From Azolla caroliniana (taxonomy: Eukaryota > Plantae > Polypodiophyta): a stretch of 64,000 nt of DNA. Made by a program: the position numbers and the translations under genes. Shown here one piece after another: positions 48,901 through 58,730 of the stretch (its first letter is position 1; every line of letters begins with the position of its first letter). The stretch lies in NCBI GenBank assembly GCA_043228905.1, contig JBHGNT010000005.1, positions 17,174,001-17,238,000 of the forward strand, given 5' to 3'. The notes below the pieces were generated by a model that saw only the letters and a program-made list of their open reading frames with translations, did not search any database and was not told where the DNA came from.

Positions 48901-49551
48901 CTCATGACCGGACAAGCACCGGTAATGCCAACGGAAACCGCAATCGCGACATGGGCAATACTACCGTGGAAGGAAGAGATGAGCCGGGAAGAACTACTAG
49001 CGGTCCGGATACGACAACTAGAGGGAAGACCGAAAGATGTAGCGGAAGCGTCACGCCGACAACAAGAAGCACGGTTCCGGAACAAAAGCCGGTTCGACAC
49101 AAAGCACCGACTACGACCGAGGAGGATTGAAGAAGGAGATTGGGTGATCGTCTATGATAGTAGCTTGGACCATCAACATACAACGATGCGGAAATTCGCG
49201 AAAAGGTGGTTCGGGCCGTACGAGGTTCGGAAGGTCTTCGACAACGGGACGTACCGACTGTCCGAGTTGGATGGAACAATACTACGAGTGCCTATAGCCG
49301 GGAAGCGGGTGAAGATTTTCAAGAAGCGGACCGACGACAAACCTTATGTGATCCAAGTCGAGGCCGACAACGAGGAGCAATCGGACGATGACCACAATGA
49401 TACGGGAAGCGAAGAAAGTGGATTACAACTCATAGTCGACATAAGGGGAGAATCGGAGGAAGCTTCGGATGAAGACGGATACGAAGAATCAAGAACTTCG
49501 GCACATACCGGAGGATGTGCGGGTTTGGAGGGGGCGAGTGTCGTAGTGTAG
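45940..49551 (+). CDS. pol: Element E RT-RNaseH-integrase, -1 frame; reads through the PPT into the 3' LTR
   Basis: Frame open from GGATTTT at 45940; same motifs as D; stop lies 13 nt inside the 3' LTR. Confidence 0.95.
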   Translation, partial: GFLKRTVAEWGSDSPRSPDTPHRKKTLGAKQVRIGPDGASTYTVVTGGMKKQYRQVEDKLRSASIIKEDEEIVGVIEEVFYGNTLQRLEELAEDKSQGNRVVPVESVEMYEIVAKMGPDALRKEEAMVSTKYKTVEKKVKPAAGPLPADSEQKKKEVSGDPTLRKSVDIGHAFTDETRKKLRIGGGGFLLQEEEKRFQEMLEQHGKAFAFTSREIGCIDPKIVEPMVIFTIDHVPWNLKPIPVPRAHIPKVIDLLKEKVAMGILEPSSAPYSNRWFTVPKKNGSLRFIQDLQPVNKVTIRNSGVGPIVDEFAEAFAGRAIYSIGDLYSGYDQFQLAVESRDITTMRTPIGLVRMCTLPQGATNSVAHMMNAMNKVLRDCIPEITMPFLDDIPMKGCAVEEKDETMDDRGCRKFVVDHIHDCEKVLRNLEDVHLTLSGEKSAFGQEEILVVGHLCGPYGRRPSPTKIDAIQAMTEVCESTSEVRRFLGACAFYHIWIPHYAHIADPLYHLLRKGKKFEWKPEHTKAMRKLKKTLWRAESLKKPSYERPIIVTVDTSPTGIGWVINQADSDGSRYPIRFGAKVLNERQRGYAQVKRELWGVVSAIKSDRDYLIGAEVVIETDCLPILGMMRCCTIPDVAMLRWIAYVKSLNPEVRHISGKDNAVADMLSRARFEDDITESDNEEVSEDYFTSEHICRVNVIQEFREEEYEGETLMIGKMLQEVEDSTNDKERRAEIRRKKRQVQKFFLENGLIWRTPKRPDGIPLRVVGTKEQRNRIMSEFHESDWAGHRGTWATFVKIKQRYWWKNMYKDVAEFTESCEKCQVYSGVRHRDELHPTFSPTINFKWMVDIVAMPTGIGQKKYLVLAREDLTNQVEGRALRRKTCAAVCQFLLEEVFCRYGCVGQVIADRGELDSDKARGFFAKHGVRLTLTTAYNPEANGKIERGHSPIVKALAKACDGRVKDWPQMLPYALWADRTTHSSVTGYMPAELMTGQAPVMPTETAIATWAILPWKEEMSREELLAVRIRQLEGRPKDVAEASRRQQEARFRNKSRFDTKHRLRPRRIEEGDWVIVYDSSLDHQHTTMRKFAKRWFGPYEVRKVFDNGTYRLSELDGTILRVPIAGKRVKIFKKRTDDKPYVIQVEADNEEQSDDDHNDTGSEESGLQLIVDIRGESEEASDEDGYEESRTSAHTGGCAGLEGASVVV

Positions 49552-51069
49552 GTTGCACACTATGTGGAAATTATATTTTTGTCCCTCCGGATAGAGAATG
49601 GAGTGCTTGGTGAGAACCGGAAGAAAACGGCATACCGGCAAGGAGGAAAACGGCATACCGGCAAGGAAGAGCCGGATAAAGAGACATAAATGTAAAATAA
49701 AGGAAATACTCACTATTGCACAAGGCGTGATTCGAACTCTGCACCTCCACGTTGACAAACCCCAACCTTACCATTACATTAACTTATCTTAAGTGTTTTA
49801 AATATTGATTTAATACGTATAAGACCTTTATTTATGCATACCTTTATTAAAAGGTAAATCGTGTATTTTTTTAATATATGAAAAAGAAAAAACACGAGAC
49901 ACTAAAAATAACTCATGCACATCTAGCGTGCATGAGCCCTATACTTAGGAAATAAATAAATAAAAAAAACATCACATGCACATTTAGTGTGCATGAACAT
50001 ATTAGAAAAAGCATGTAGCTATGCTTAGTCTCTCCCATCACTATATAAGGACGGGGAGCACATTGTAGTTGTTGTTGATTATTTGGATTAAGTATTAATC
50101 AATACAAAAATTATTCGTGGGATTCACGATTTATACATCTACTTCTCTCTTAACACCCTAAGTACCAATTAATATAGTATACTCGTGTGATTCACGAGTT
50201 TCTTATCTTTCTCTTTGCTATTTACTCATTATTAATCTCTATCTCACGAACTTCTTTCTCCTAGTCCAAGACCTCTGTGGTTCCCACCCGACTCACGCAA
50301 CGATCCGGAGCCGAAAGGCACGACAGCGGGAGAAACTAAGGCGGGACCGCGAGGGTCTTGGACCGAGGGGTTTAAGAGATCAAAAGAGAGAGAGAGAGAG
50401 AGAGATACGCGAGCGTATCGCTGGTTAGGCCTACTCGTTGCCGACAATGTTACTAGCTGAATAAGACCTGAACGCTTATAGTCTCCGTACCTGATACACG
50501 CTCATCGGACAAGGTAGAGGGAACTCACGAGAAGAACACAAAGAGAGAGAAAACAAAAGTTTGAATTCAATAACTAACAAGGTTACAATGTATGCAAGAT
50601 TACAACCGACAAGCCGACAACAAACCCAACACAGAGAACCCATGCACACACACACGACACAGAGAACACATGGTGGAGCCTCTACTGGAAGCACACGGGC
50701 TTACACACAGTAGAGGCAACCGACCCAGAAACAATGGAGATCAACGATAGAGGAGGAGAGAGCTCGATACCCAGTCCGACAACACCTCGTCCTCGCCAAA
50801 ACGCGATCCATTATTCTTCTTCTCCCCTCCCTTTTATAGGTCGCCGAGGAGGCCGTTACATCAAAACACATCAACTTTATTCTCTGTCCCTTCGGACAGG
50901 ATACGCATTGATTTTCTAGCTAATAAATATGTCATACCTAGTATATTTACATCAACCGTCCTATTCCTAGTTATGTACAATGTATTAATTCACGCACACT
51001 CGTGAAAGGGCAGGTTCACGCCTTTAATTCCTTGATTCCTCTTAGGGCCGGTTTTCTTCACGACAACGT

Positions 51070-53640
51070 TATAGTAAATCTCCATGGGGTGCACCAATTC
51101 TTTTGGTTAAAAAGAAAGAGGGCACATGGCGTATGTGTATTAATTACCGATGCTTGGATAAAGTGACAATCAAGAATTTGTATCCATTGCCCCGGGCTGA
51201 CGATCTAGTTGACCGTCTCCAGGGAGCTCGAATTTTACGAAACTTGATCTTCGTACTGACTACCATCAAATTCGTATAAGTGAGGACGATGTTCCTAAAA
51301 CGGCATTTCGTACGCGCTATGGCCATTATGCGTTTTTGGTTATGCCTTTTGGTTTGACCAATGCTCCGGCTACATTTCAACAAGAAATGAATGACATTTT
51401 CCGAGAACAACTTGGAAAATTTGTCGTTATTTTCTTGAATGAGATTTTAGTTTATAGTCATACATTACAAGAACATGCTAAACATGTCCGCTTTGTTTTA
51501 CAAACATTGCGTGACAAACAGTTTTATGCGAAGATCTCAAAATGTGAGTTCTTCAAGAAATCAATTACTTATCTTGGACATCTCATAACCAAACGAGGAG
51601 TTGAAATTGATCCTTCTTGCATCGAGAAAATCAAGCTTTGGCCCACTCTTCGGAATATTCGAGAAGTTTGATCATTCCTTGGTTTTGTTGGGTTTTTGCG
51701 AAAATCCCTTCGTAATTACTCCAAATTGACGACGTTGTTTACTGATCTTTTAAAAGGTCAAACGTGTAAGTCTACAAAACCTATTGTCTGGAATGCTACA
51801 CTAGACCTCGCCTTTAAGGAACTCAAGGACCTGGTGTGCAAGCCTCCTTCACTTCTTTTACCTGATCCTTCAAAACCTTTTGAGGTTGAAACCGATGCAA
51901 AGAGATTATGCTATAGGTGTTGTCTTATATCAAGATGGTAAACCAATAACATTCGAGAGTAAGAAACTTGATTCTGCTCAATGTCGGTATACTGTTCAAG
52001 AAAAGGAATTCTTTGTAGTTATACATGCGCTCAAAACATGGCGCCATTATCTTTATGGAAATCGGTTTGTGGTAACTACGGACCACGAGTCCTTGAAATA
52101 TTTTTGTGACCAACAAGACCTGAAAGGTCGTAAGGCACGATGGGCTGATCTCATCCAGGACTTTGATTTTTCCATACGATATTGTAAAGGTTCCATGAAC
52201 ACTGTCGTCGATGCACTAAGTCGCATCCGTGAAGTTAACATGCTTAGCTTCACTGAAATATCATCAAATCTTTATGATCACCTTTGAGGAAAGTATCCTG
52301 ATGACAGTTATTTTGCAAAATACTGGGCAAGAGTTGAGTCTGGAATAGACACCACCACATCCTCGAAGCAATACTTCCACATTGCTAACGGTCTGCTCTA
52401 CCGTAATGGGAAGGTTTGTGTTCCAGATTTACCCGAGGTAAAAAAGGGGATTCTTTTTTAATGCCATGATGCACCCTCAGCAGGGCACCCTGGAATACAT
52501 CTCACACTCGTTCTCATCTCCACTCAATTCTATTGGCCTAAGATGCGCCCTGACATACATAGTTATGTGACTAAATGTCACCAATGTCAGGTTAACAAAG
52601 CCGAGTGACTTAAAGTCGCAAGACTTTTACATCCCTTGGACATTCCCAATAATAAGTGGGAAAGTATATCCATGGATTTTATTGTTAACCTTCCTCGCAC
52701 CCAAAAAGGCCATGATGCCATCTGGGTTGTGGTTGAAAGACTAACTAAAATGGCCAGATTTATTGGTACTAAAACCGCGGTAACAGCTCTTAAATTGGCT
52801 TACCAATTCGTTGACGAGTTATTTTGTTTTTATGGGTTACCGATGGATATCGTGAGTGATCGAGATCCAAAATTTACTAGTGACTTCTAGACGCAAGTCT
52901 TTAAGAAGTTATAAACTACGTTGAGCATGAACTCCACGGATCATCCTCAATCCGATGGACAAACAGAACGAGTAAATCAAATTATTGAGGATATGCTTCG
53001 AGTATACATATAGTCCTTTTATGTTGATGTATGGTTTTCAGCCACGAGCCCCGATTGATGTTAATATACATCATGATGAGTTGCGAAGTACACAAAACTT
53101 TCTTCGGGATATGTAAGATATGTTGTATATTGCACGAGATAATATAAAAACAGCTCAAGATAGAGCTCGTTTTTATGCCGATCATAATAGGCAACCTCGT
53201 GTATTCAACCCTGGACAGAACGTATTTTTACGTGTACCTCACAATTCTAAGACATTGTCTAAGGGTAAGTGCACTAAGTTAGCCCCACTGTTTTGTGGAC
53301 CTTTTACACTCCTCAAACGCATTGGGTCATCAGCCTATCGTCTCGCTCTTCCCGAAGGTGTTGAAATTCATCCAGTTTTTCATGTGAGTCGTCTAATAGA
53401 ACTTCTAGGTTCTGGCGACAATACAGTTGTTACAACTGAAACTACAATTACTTCTGAAGAATTATCTTCTAAACCACATGTACCAGAAAGAATTCTCGAT
53501 GTTAAAACAAAAAACTTACGTACTAAAGAAATCTGAGAATTTAAAATAAAATGGATGGATAAATCAATAAAAGATGCCACATGGGAACGCGGAAATTCTC
53601 TCAGAACTAACTTCCCTAACTTTCCATTGCAAGAGTGCAA
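51070..53640 (+). pseudogene. Element A pol (RT-RNaseH-integrase-chromodomain), disrupted
   Basis: [80 protein letters not shown]; many stops. Confidence 0.93.
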
Positions 53641-54689
53641 TGTTTTAAAGAGGGGGAGTATGTTACGGGCATGACCATATAATATCCCGTGGTGAGAATT
53701 TACCGTAGTATTCTATACACATGGATAAGTGTGAGGGTTAAACGAGAGTGTAAAGAAAGGGAGGATTACTTTTAATCCTTGGGATTGAGACAACCCAATA
53801 GGCTAAGTGTGAACTTCCATGGGGGCCTTGGGTATCGCTATAAATAAGAGGCCTAGCTACCCTCATTTCGGCATCTTGTTGACTACGTCGAGACTCTGTC
53901 TTGTGGTGGATCAACTCTTGTAGCGAGCGCGCCAGCACCAGGTACGACTCGACGCCACGGCAGTGGTATGGGACGCCGATCGAGGCTCAAGTCCATCTCG
54001 ATCCCTTCGCTCGGGGGTGGTCGGGTGGATCGGCACCCTTATTTCTCTCTCTCCTTTCTATCTATTTGTCTATATTCTATCCTTATCTAATGCTTACATT
54101 AGTTCATGTCTCTAATAGGGAGGGAGGGAGAGAAAAAAAGAAAGAAGGAGAAAATTAAGAACGAACAAAGGCGGCAGCAACGAGAGGAGAGATGGAGAGA
54201 AGGAAAGAAATTTAAGAAAGTGAGGGAGGAACATAAAGAAAGAAACAGAATTAAGAATGAATGAATATGGAAAAGGAAATGGATAATTGGGTTAAGTAGG
54301 AAAGTTTATTTTCTTTAACAAGAATCAAAATTACCGACTCGTAGAAACACACATACACACATACAACACATAACATGCACACAGACGCTACGATTGGAGA
54401 GACCGATTCCGAAATTTGGTTATTTTTTTCCTTGCATTTCTCTTTGTGCATTTCCAGGAGAACCCACCCACCATCACATAACAAATTCTTTTAAATCTAT
54501 TTTTTTGTTAGAAACTCCTTTTTTTATTGTTTTTTGAATTTTTGGAACATAGTTTTAATTTCGTTTGATGTAATTTCATCATGAACAATGTAAATTTTTT
54601 TATCTGGATTTTGACCCCTATAAAAAAAGCTCACTTAATAGAATGGTGCACTTAAGCGGGCACACGCTTAACTGAATGGTTACTGTATT

Positions 54690-54731
<42 letters not shown>

Positions 54732-55031
54732 TTATTGTATTGACTTCGGAGGTCAAATATGACCTATCAGACCAAAAAATTACATTTCACGTGATACGTG
54801 TGAAAGTGAGTAGCGACTCTCGATGTTCAAGAACTTTACCAATGAACATTGCAATCCGAGAGTGGACATTGTGGTTGTAAGAGAAATTCGTGCAAGGATT
54901 GAGCTTGGTTCAAATAGAAGCCAACGGAATGGGCTCTAACATGTATCGATGTGTACGGTTTCTCCGTTCTGCGAAGAATATGGAACATGTGTAGTATAAT
55001 GTATGAAGTGTGAGCCTCCACATTTTTCCCA

Positions 55032-55843
55032 TGTCAAGATACATTGGCGTCGCAAAAAGGCCTCATTTACAGAGGAATCTAGTGATGCATCATGACACAA
55101 ATGTGTTGCATCTCATCTAACGAACCACTTTTTCATATCTTGCATCCAACTAGAACACAAAATTTTGCTTTTATGTGTCTTTTGGATCTTTTTGCTTGCT
55201 TCTCATAGGAGTCTACGAAGTCAATGTTGTGAATGTGTTTTTAGAATTGAAGTTATTGAACTCTAAAAGAATATAAGGTATGGCGCATTCACATTTGGAG
55301 GGCAAGAACATGAACCAATATCTTAAGGAGAAGTCAAACTAAAAGCAAGAGACATAGAGAAAAGTAAAAAGAGAAAAAGCGGTTTAGTCTAAAAGGAACG
55401 ATTATAAGTCTTTCGTTTGTAAACCAAATATCATGTTCAAATATGGGTTAGAAAGCTCGTAAAGAGAGCTATCTATAGCGTTTTATATCTCTAAATGTGG
55501 AGCTCGGATGAGGGAGGAATGACGATTAGAAGGTCATTGTGTCATAGCTAAAAATAGGAGATGAAAAACTTTTATAAAGAGCGTGAAGAAGAGTCTTAGT
55601 AGTGGGGGAGAAGGAAACATAGTCGAAGGACGAAAGAGATTAAGGTAGAATAGTGAAAGAAATTTGTGGGTTCGAGTGATTGGAAGTCAAGAAGTTCTTT
55701 GGTTTTTTTGTTCAATTTGGAGTTTATACCATTTGTATTGTCTCAATCATAGAATATTATAACATTCTTATCTCTTTCTCGTCTTCTCTATCTTTTCTCT
55801 TAATTTCTTGAGTCTCTCTCCCTAATTTGTAGCCACCTTGACA
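55032..55843. mobile_element. Probable solo/truncated LTR
   Basis: TGTCAAG...CTTGACA inverted termini; GAAAGCTC..GAGCT..GGAGCTCGGATGAG motif common in plant gypsy LTRs; no matching TSD. Confidence 0.5.
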
Positions 55844-55850
55844 TTACATT

Positions 55851-56248
55851 TAACAATGGACAACGGTTCAGTTCGATTCAAGTTCAAGTTTTTTAAAATG
55901 GTTTGATGCTTTTGCGTTGTCAATTGATTATTATTTTTAATATGTTTTTAAACAACCTTTTCATTTTTAACCCTTATTTGCACATTGTAAGGAAAATCTT
56001 TAAAATTTTGAAAAATTAAAATTCAAAATAATGAAAAATTTTAAAACTTTACAATTGAAAATTTGAGTTTAAACAACCTAACTTGAAAACCGGAACCGAA
56101 CCACGAAACTGCAGTTTTTATGGTTTTAACGGTTTGGCTTAAATGGTTTCATGGTTCGGTTCAATTCAAGTTTCAAAAATTTTTGAACAGTAAGGTTTTA
56201 AACAGGTTTGGTTTTGACACTGTCGAACCGAACCGTTGCCGATTGTTA
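55851..56248. mobile_element. MITE (hAT-like, AACCG/CGGTT subterminal repeats)
   Basis: 26-bp TIRs TAACAATGGACAACGGTTCAGTTCGA / TCGAACCGAACCGTTGCCGATTGTTA (23/26); flanks TTACATT / TTACACT resemble a decayed TSD. Confidence 0.75.
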
Positions 56249-56597
56249 TTTACACTTTCATTTCCTAAAGCTTGAGCACACCACTTTGATAGCATAAAAT
56301 GAAGATAAACAACTATTTGAATACAAATTTTGATTAGGAAATTATGTAGAGGTGGGCATCACATTTTGGGAGTAAAGGATGGGGATTGGAGCCCCCTAAC
56401 TTTGGACAATTTTCTGTTGTATTATTCTCCATATTATTCAATACCCTTCGATGTGGAATGTATTTGGATATAGGGACAAACTTCAATTTCTTATTTCTGT
56501 TCTTTCTTTCATTCCACCAAAGACTACATATCTATATTATTATATAGGATATAGCATCCAATCCTGATTGTCACACCTCTGGAAAACTCAGGATTGC

Positions 56598-57687
56598 TTA
56601 TGATGATGTAGCTGGATCCAATGGTAACGCTTTCCTCTCAATCTGTTTAAGAAACATATATCCTCGTCAGAAAGAAAAACCAGTAATTGTTTCTTATGCT
56701 TTCTACTCAATACAAATTGTTACCTGGGGATCTAACTCTGTCTGATTTACTGCCTTCAGTACATCAAAGAGAACAGCTGCTGTCTGGTATGTCTTAGCCA
56801 AATAAGACCTGTGTCAACAAAATGTTGTCTCCAATTGCTATCTAAACTCTCTCCAACCTCTATGATTTTACTATAAGTGTTACAATTTTTTTTTCCAAAT
56901 TTTGGATTTGGAAAGGAGGCATCTAACACATACCGATCCATGTTTGCACCAGTTGTTTCTTCTAATGACTTTACATACTTCGAGTAGAATTCATAATAGT
57001 TTTGCATCTCCATTCCATCACTTTTGGCTGACATTTTACTGTGACTCACACAATCATCCTGGAAAAAGAGAAGAAAATAAATTGCAATTCCATCTGTGAA
57101 CATTGGACTTGTATGATGAAAGAAGAACAAATCAACATGGTAAAAATAAATCAAAATGAACTGCATACCAGTTCCAACTTCTGAAGTAGGGATGTTTTGA
57201 ACTGCCGGACCCCTCGTCCTGACGATGTCGGATCCAATTTATGTGCTTTATCAAATGCATGAAAACGGCCTGTAAAACAGACCATCCAAAGTTCACAAAT
57301 TCGCAGTTTTAATTTGAGAGTGCAAGGACGCACACATGTGACATTCATTGCTTGTGATTTCAAGTAAGTTGGTCATTACAATTTTTGAAATCCTGAGATT
57401 CTGAAGCATTACCACATGTTTGTGCATAACTGATACGGTGCATGTGGAAATAACCTCAATATGCTTACCTTATCAATGCATAACCTCAAATGTTTAAAAC
57501 ACACCTCATAATTTAAAATAGGAATTCGTTATAGAACACTGCGATATCAACACAATTAATCAGGGATTGATTATAAAAGAGTCTTACAGAGATACGCTAC
57601 ACGAGGTTTTTCGTCTTCAATTTCATTAGCAACTCGAAGGATATGTGCAATCCCAGCCAGGGATGATGGCACAATCTCAAAGTCCAT
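56598..57687 (-). pseudogene. Truncated duplicate of callose synthase exons 1-5 (pseudogene or Vta1-domain-only gene)
   Basis: 56250-58720 is paralogous to ~6320-10640, including introns. Exons 57687-57588, 57269-57169, 57058-56934, 56808-56724, 56642-56577; original ATG deleted; TAA at 56600-56598; no downstream exons. Confidence 0.9.
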
Positions 57688-58474
57688 CTTCACACAGGAA
57701 ATTTTAAAAGATAGAGAAGAATTACAAATAAGCCATAGACCTTCACAAAAACCATAAAATATTATGTGGCGCCTTTTCAAAAAGAGATTGATAAGCATTA
57801 TTTGAAGAGTAAAAGGCTTATTATTTCGTAGCTTTAAGCCTTTGGAATAGTAATTTGCAAGCTAGGGGTTTAAAACCAATGCCGTGTCTCTCAGTTAAGA
57901 AACTTCTGAATAAGAACACCCGATGAATTCATACAGATTCAAACCACATATGTGCTCTTATGGAATTGAAGACGAATTGATGGATCAAAAAATGCACAAT
58001 ACCACAGAATGCTATCACCACAGTAAATAAAAAAAGGTACTAACTGGATTTATGAGCCTACAGTTTTTTAGATATATGCTCTCACCAACAACAAAAAAAA
58101 GAATCAATCCTTCACACTATGAAACACTTCGAGTTTAGGATTGATAAAGCACATTCTTATTCGAAGTATAACTCTTTAAATGTAGATTTGACAACAAATA
58201 CTCTTGTCTATTTTTGGACCTTCACGTTAGACAACCCTTCAAAGTATGCATCCAAATTTAGGGTTTACAAAAAAACATTCGGAGCTAACTAAGCTTCTCA
58301 ACATAACAATGGGTTACATTTCCTCTTATAAGAGCAAGAGCAAGAGCAAGAGAGCTAAATATATATAAAGACTACCTGGTGTGGCTATTGTGATCCACGA
58401 GAGATAACAGAGCTCCCCTGATTTAGTAGCAATGAGTTCCTCTGCAACTCTTCATTGAGGAGTTATTTATTCTG

Positions 58475-58477
<3 letters not shown>

Positions 58478-58543
<66 letters not shown>

Positions 58544-58675
58544 CAAGTGGAACATTGTATGTTTGTGTGTTGGTGGAGGGGGAATCGAGAACACCTTTTT
58601 GACCCCCCTAATTTCTTTATCTTTTTCTTCTCCTTCAATACATACATACATAATATACATACATACATACATACA

Positions 58676-58709
<34 letters not shown>

Positions 58710-58730
58710 CATACATACATATTTACATAC
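58478..58730. repeat. Microsatellites (GA)n(GT)n and (TACA)n
   Basis: Direct reading; corresponding tracts occur at 10483-10522 and 10604-10637. Confidence 0.95.

Larger units (their letters stand above)
43062..50325 (+). mobile_element. LTR retrotransposon E: intact young Ty3/gypsy (Trp PBS), inserted in the 5' LTR of B
   Basis: LTRs 43062-43871 (810 bp) and 49539-50325 (787 bp; one 23-bp repeat unit fewer, ~5-8 substitutions); TSD GCGG; PBS 43876-43893; PPT GGAGGGGGCGAG. Confidence 0.98.
20364..51065 (-). mobile_element. LTR retrotransposon B: Ty3/gypsy non-chromovirus, tRNA-Trp primed, degenerate; inserted in the RT of A
   Basis: 3' LTR 20364-21117; 5' LTR split into 43038-43061 and 50330-51065; TSD ACGT; PBS 43014-43031; PPT 21118-21130; gag-PR ~42990-42881 plus 35750-33734; pol 33734-31440 plus 22106-21280, with stops. 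Confidence 0.95.
17812..54117 (+). mobile_element. LTR retrotransposon A: Ty3/gypsy chromovirus, degenerate and internally deleted
   Basis: 457-bp LTRs 17812-18268 and 53661-54117 (~27 differences by hand); TSD GGGAG; PBS TGGTATCAAAGC (iMet type) at 18271; PPT AAAGAGGGGGAG at 53647; chromodomain after the integrase. Confidence 0.95.
17339..54685. mobile_element. Tc1/mariner(pogo)-like non-autonomous TIR element (~1 kb of own sequence) split by the LTR nest
   Basis: TIRs CAGTAACCACTCGGTTAAG (17339-17357) and CTTAACTGAATGGTTACTG (54667-54685), 17/19 complementary, each flanked by TA. Confidence 0.7.

Noticed and set aside
36649-49391. Numerous 60-310 aa antisense/alternate-frame ORFs over D, E and B
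   Set aside because: Expected shadows of GC-rich gag/pol coding sequence; no motifs, and boundaries not conserved between D and E.
54780-55030. Possible hAT transposase scrap (HSVGFYLN); similar doubt for ORFs at 60270-60921
   Set aside because: Single weak motif; cannot be supported without a profile search.
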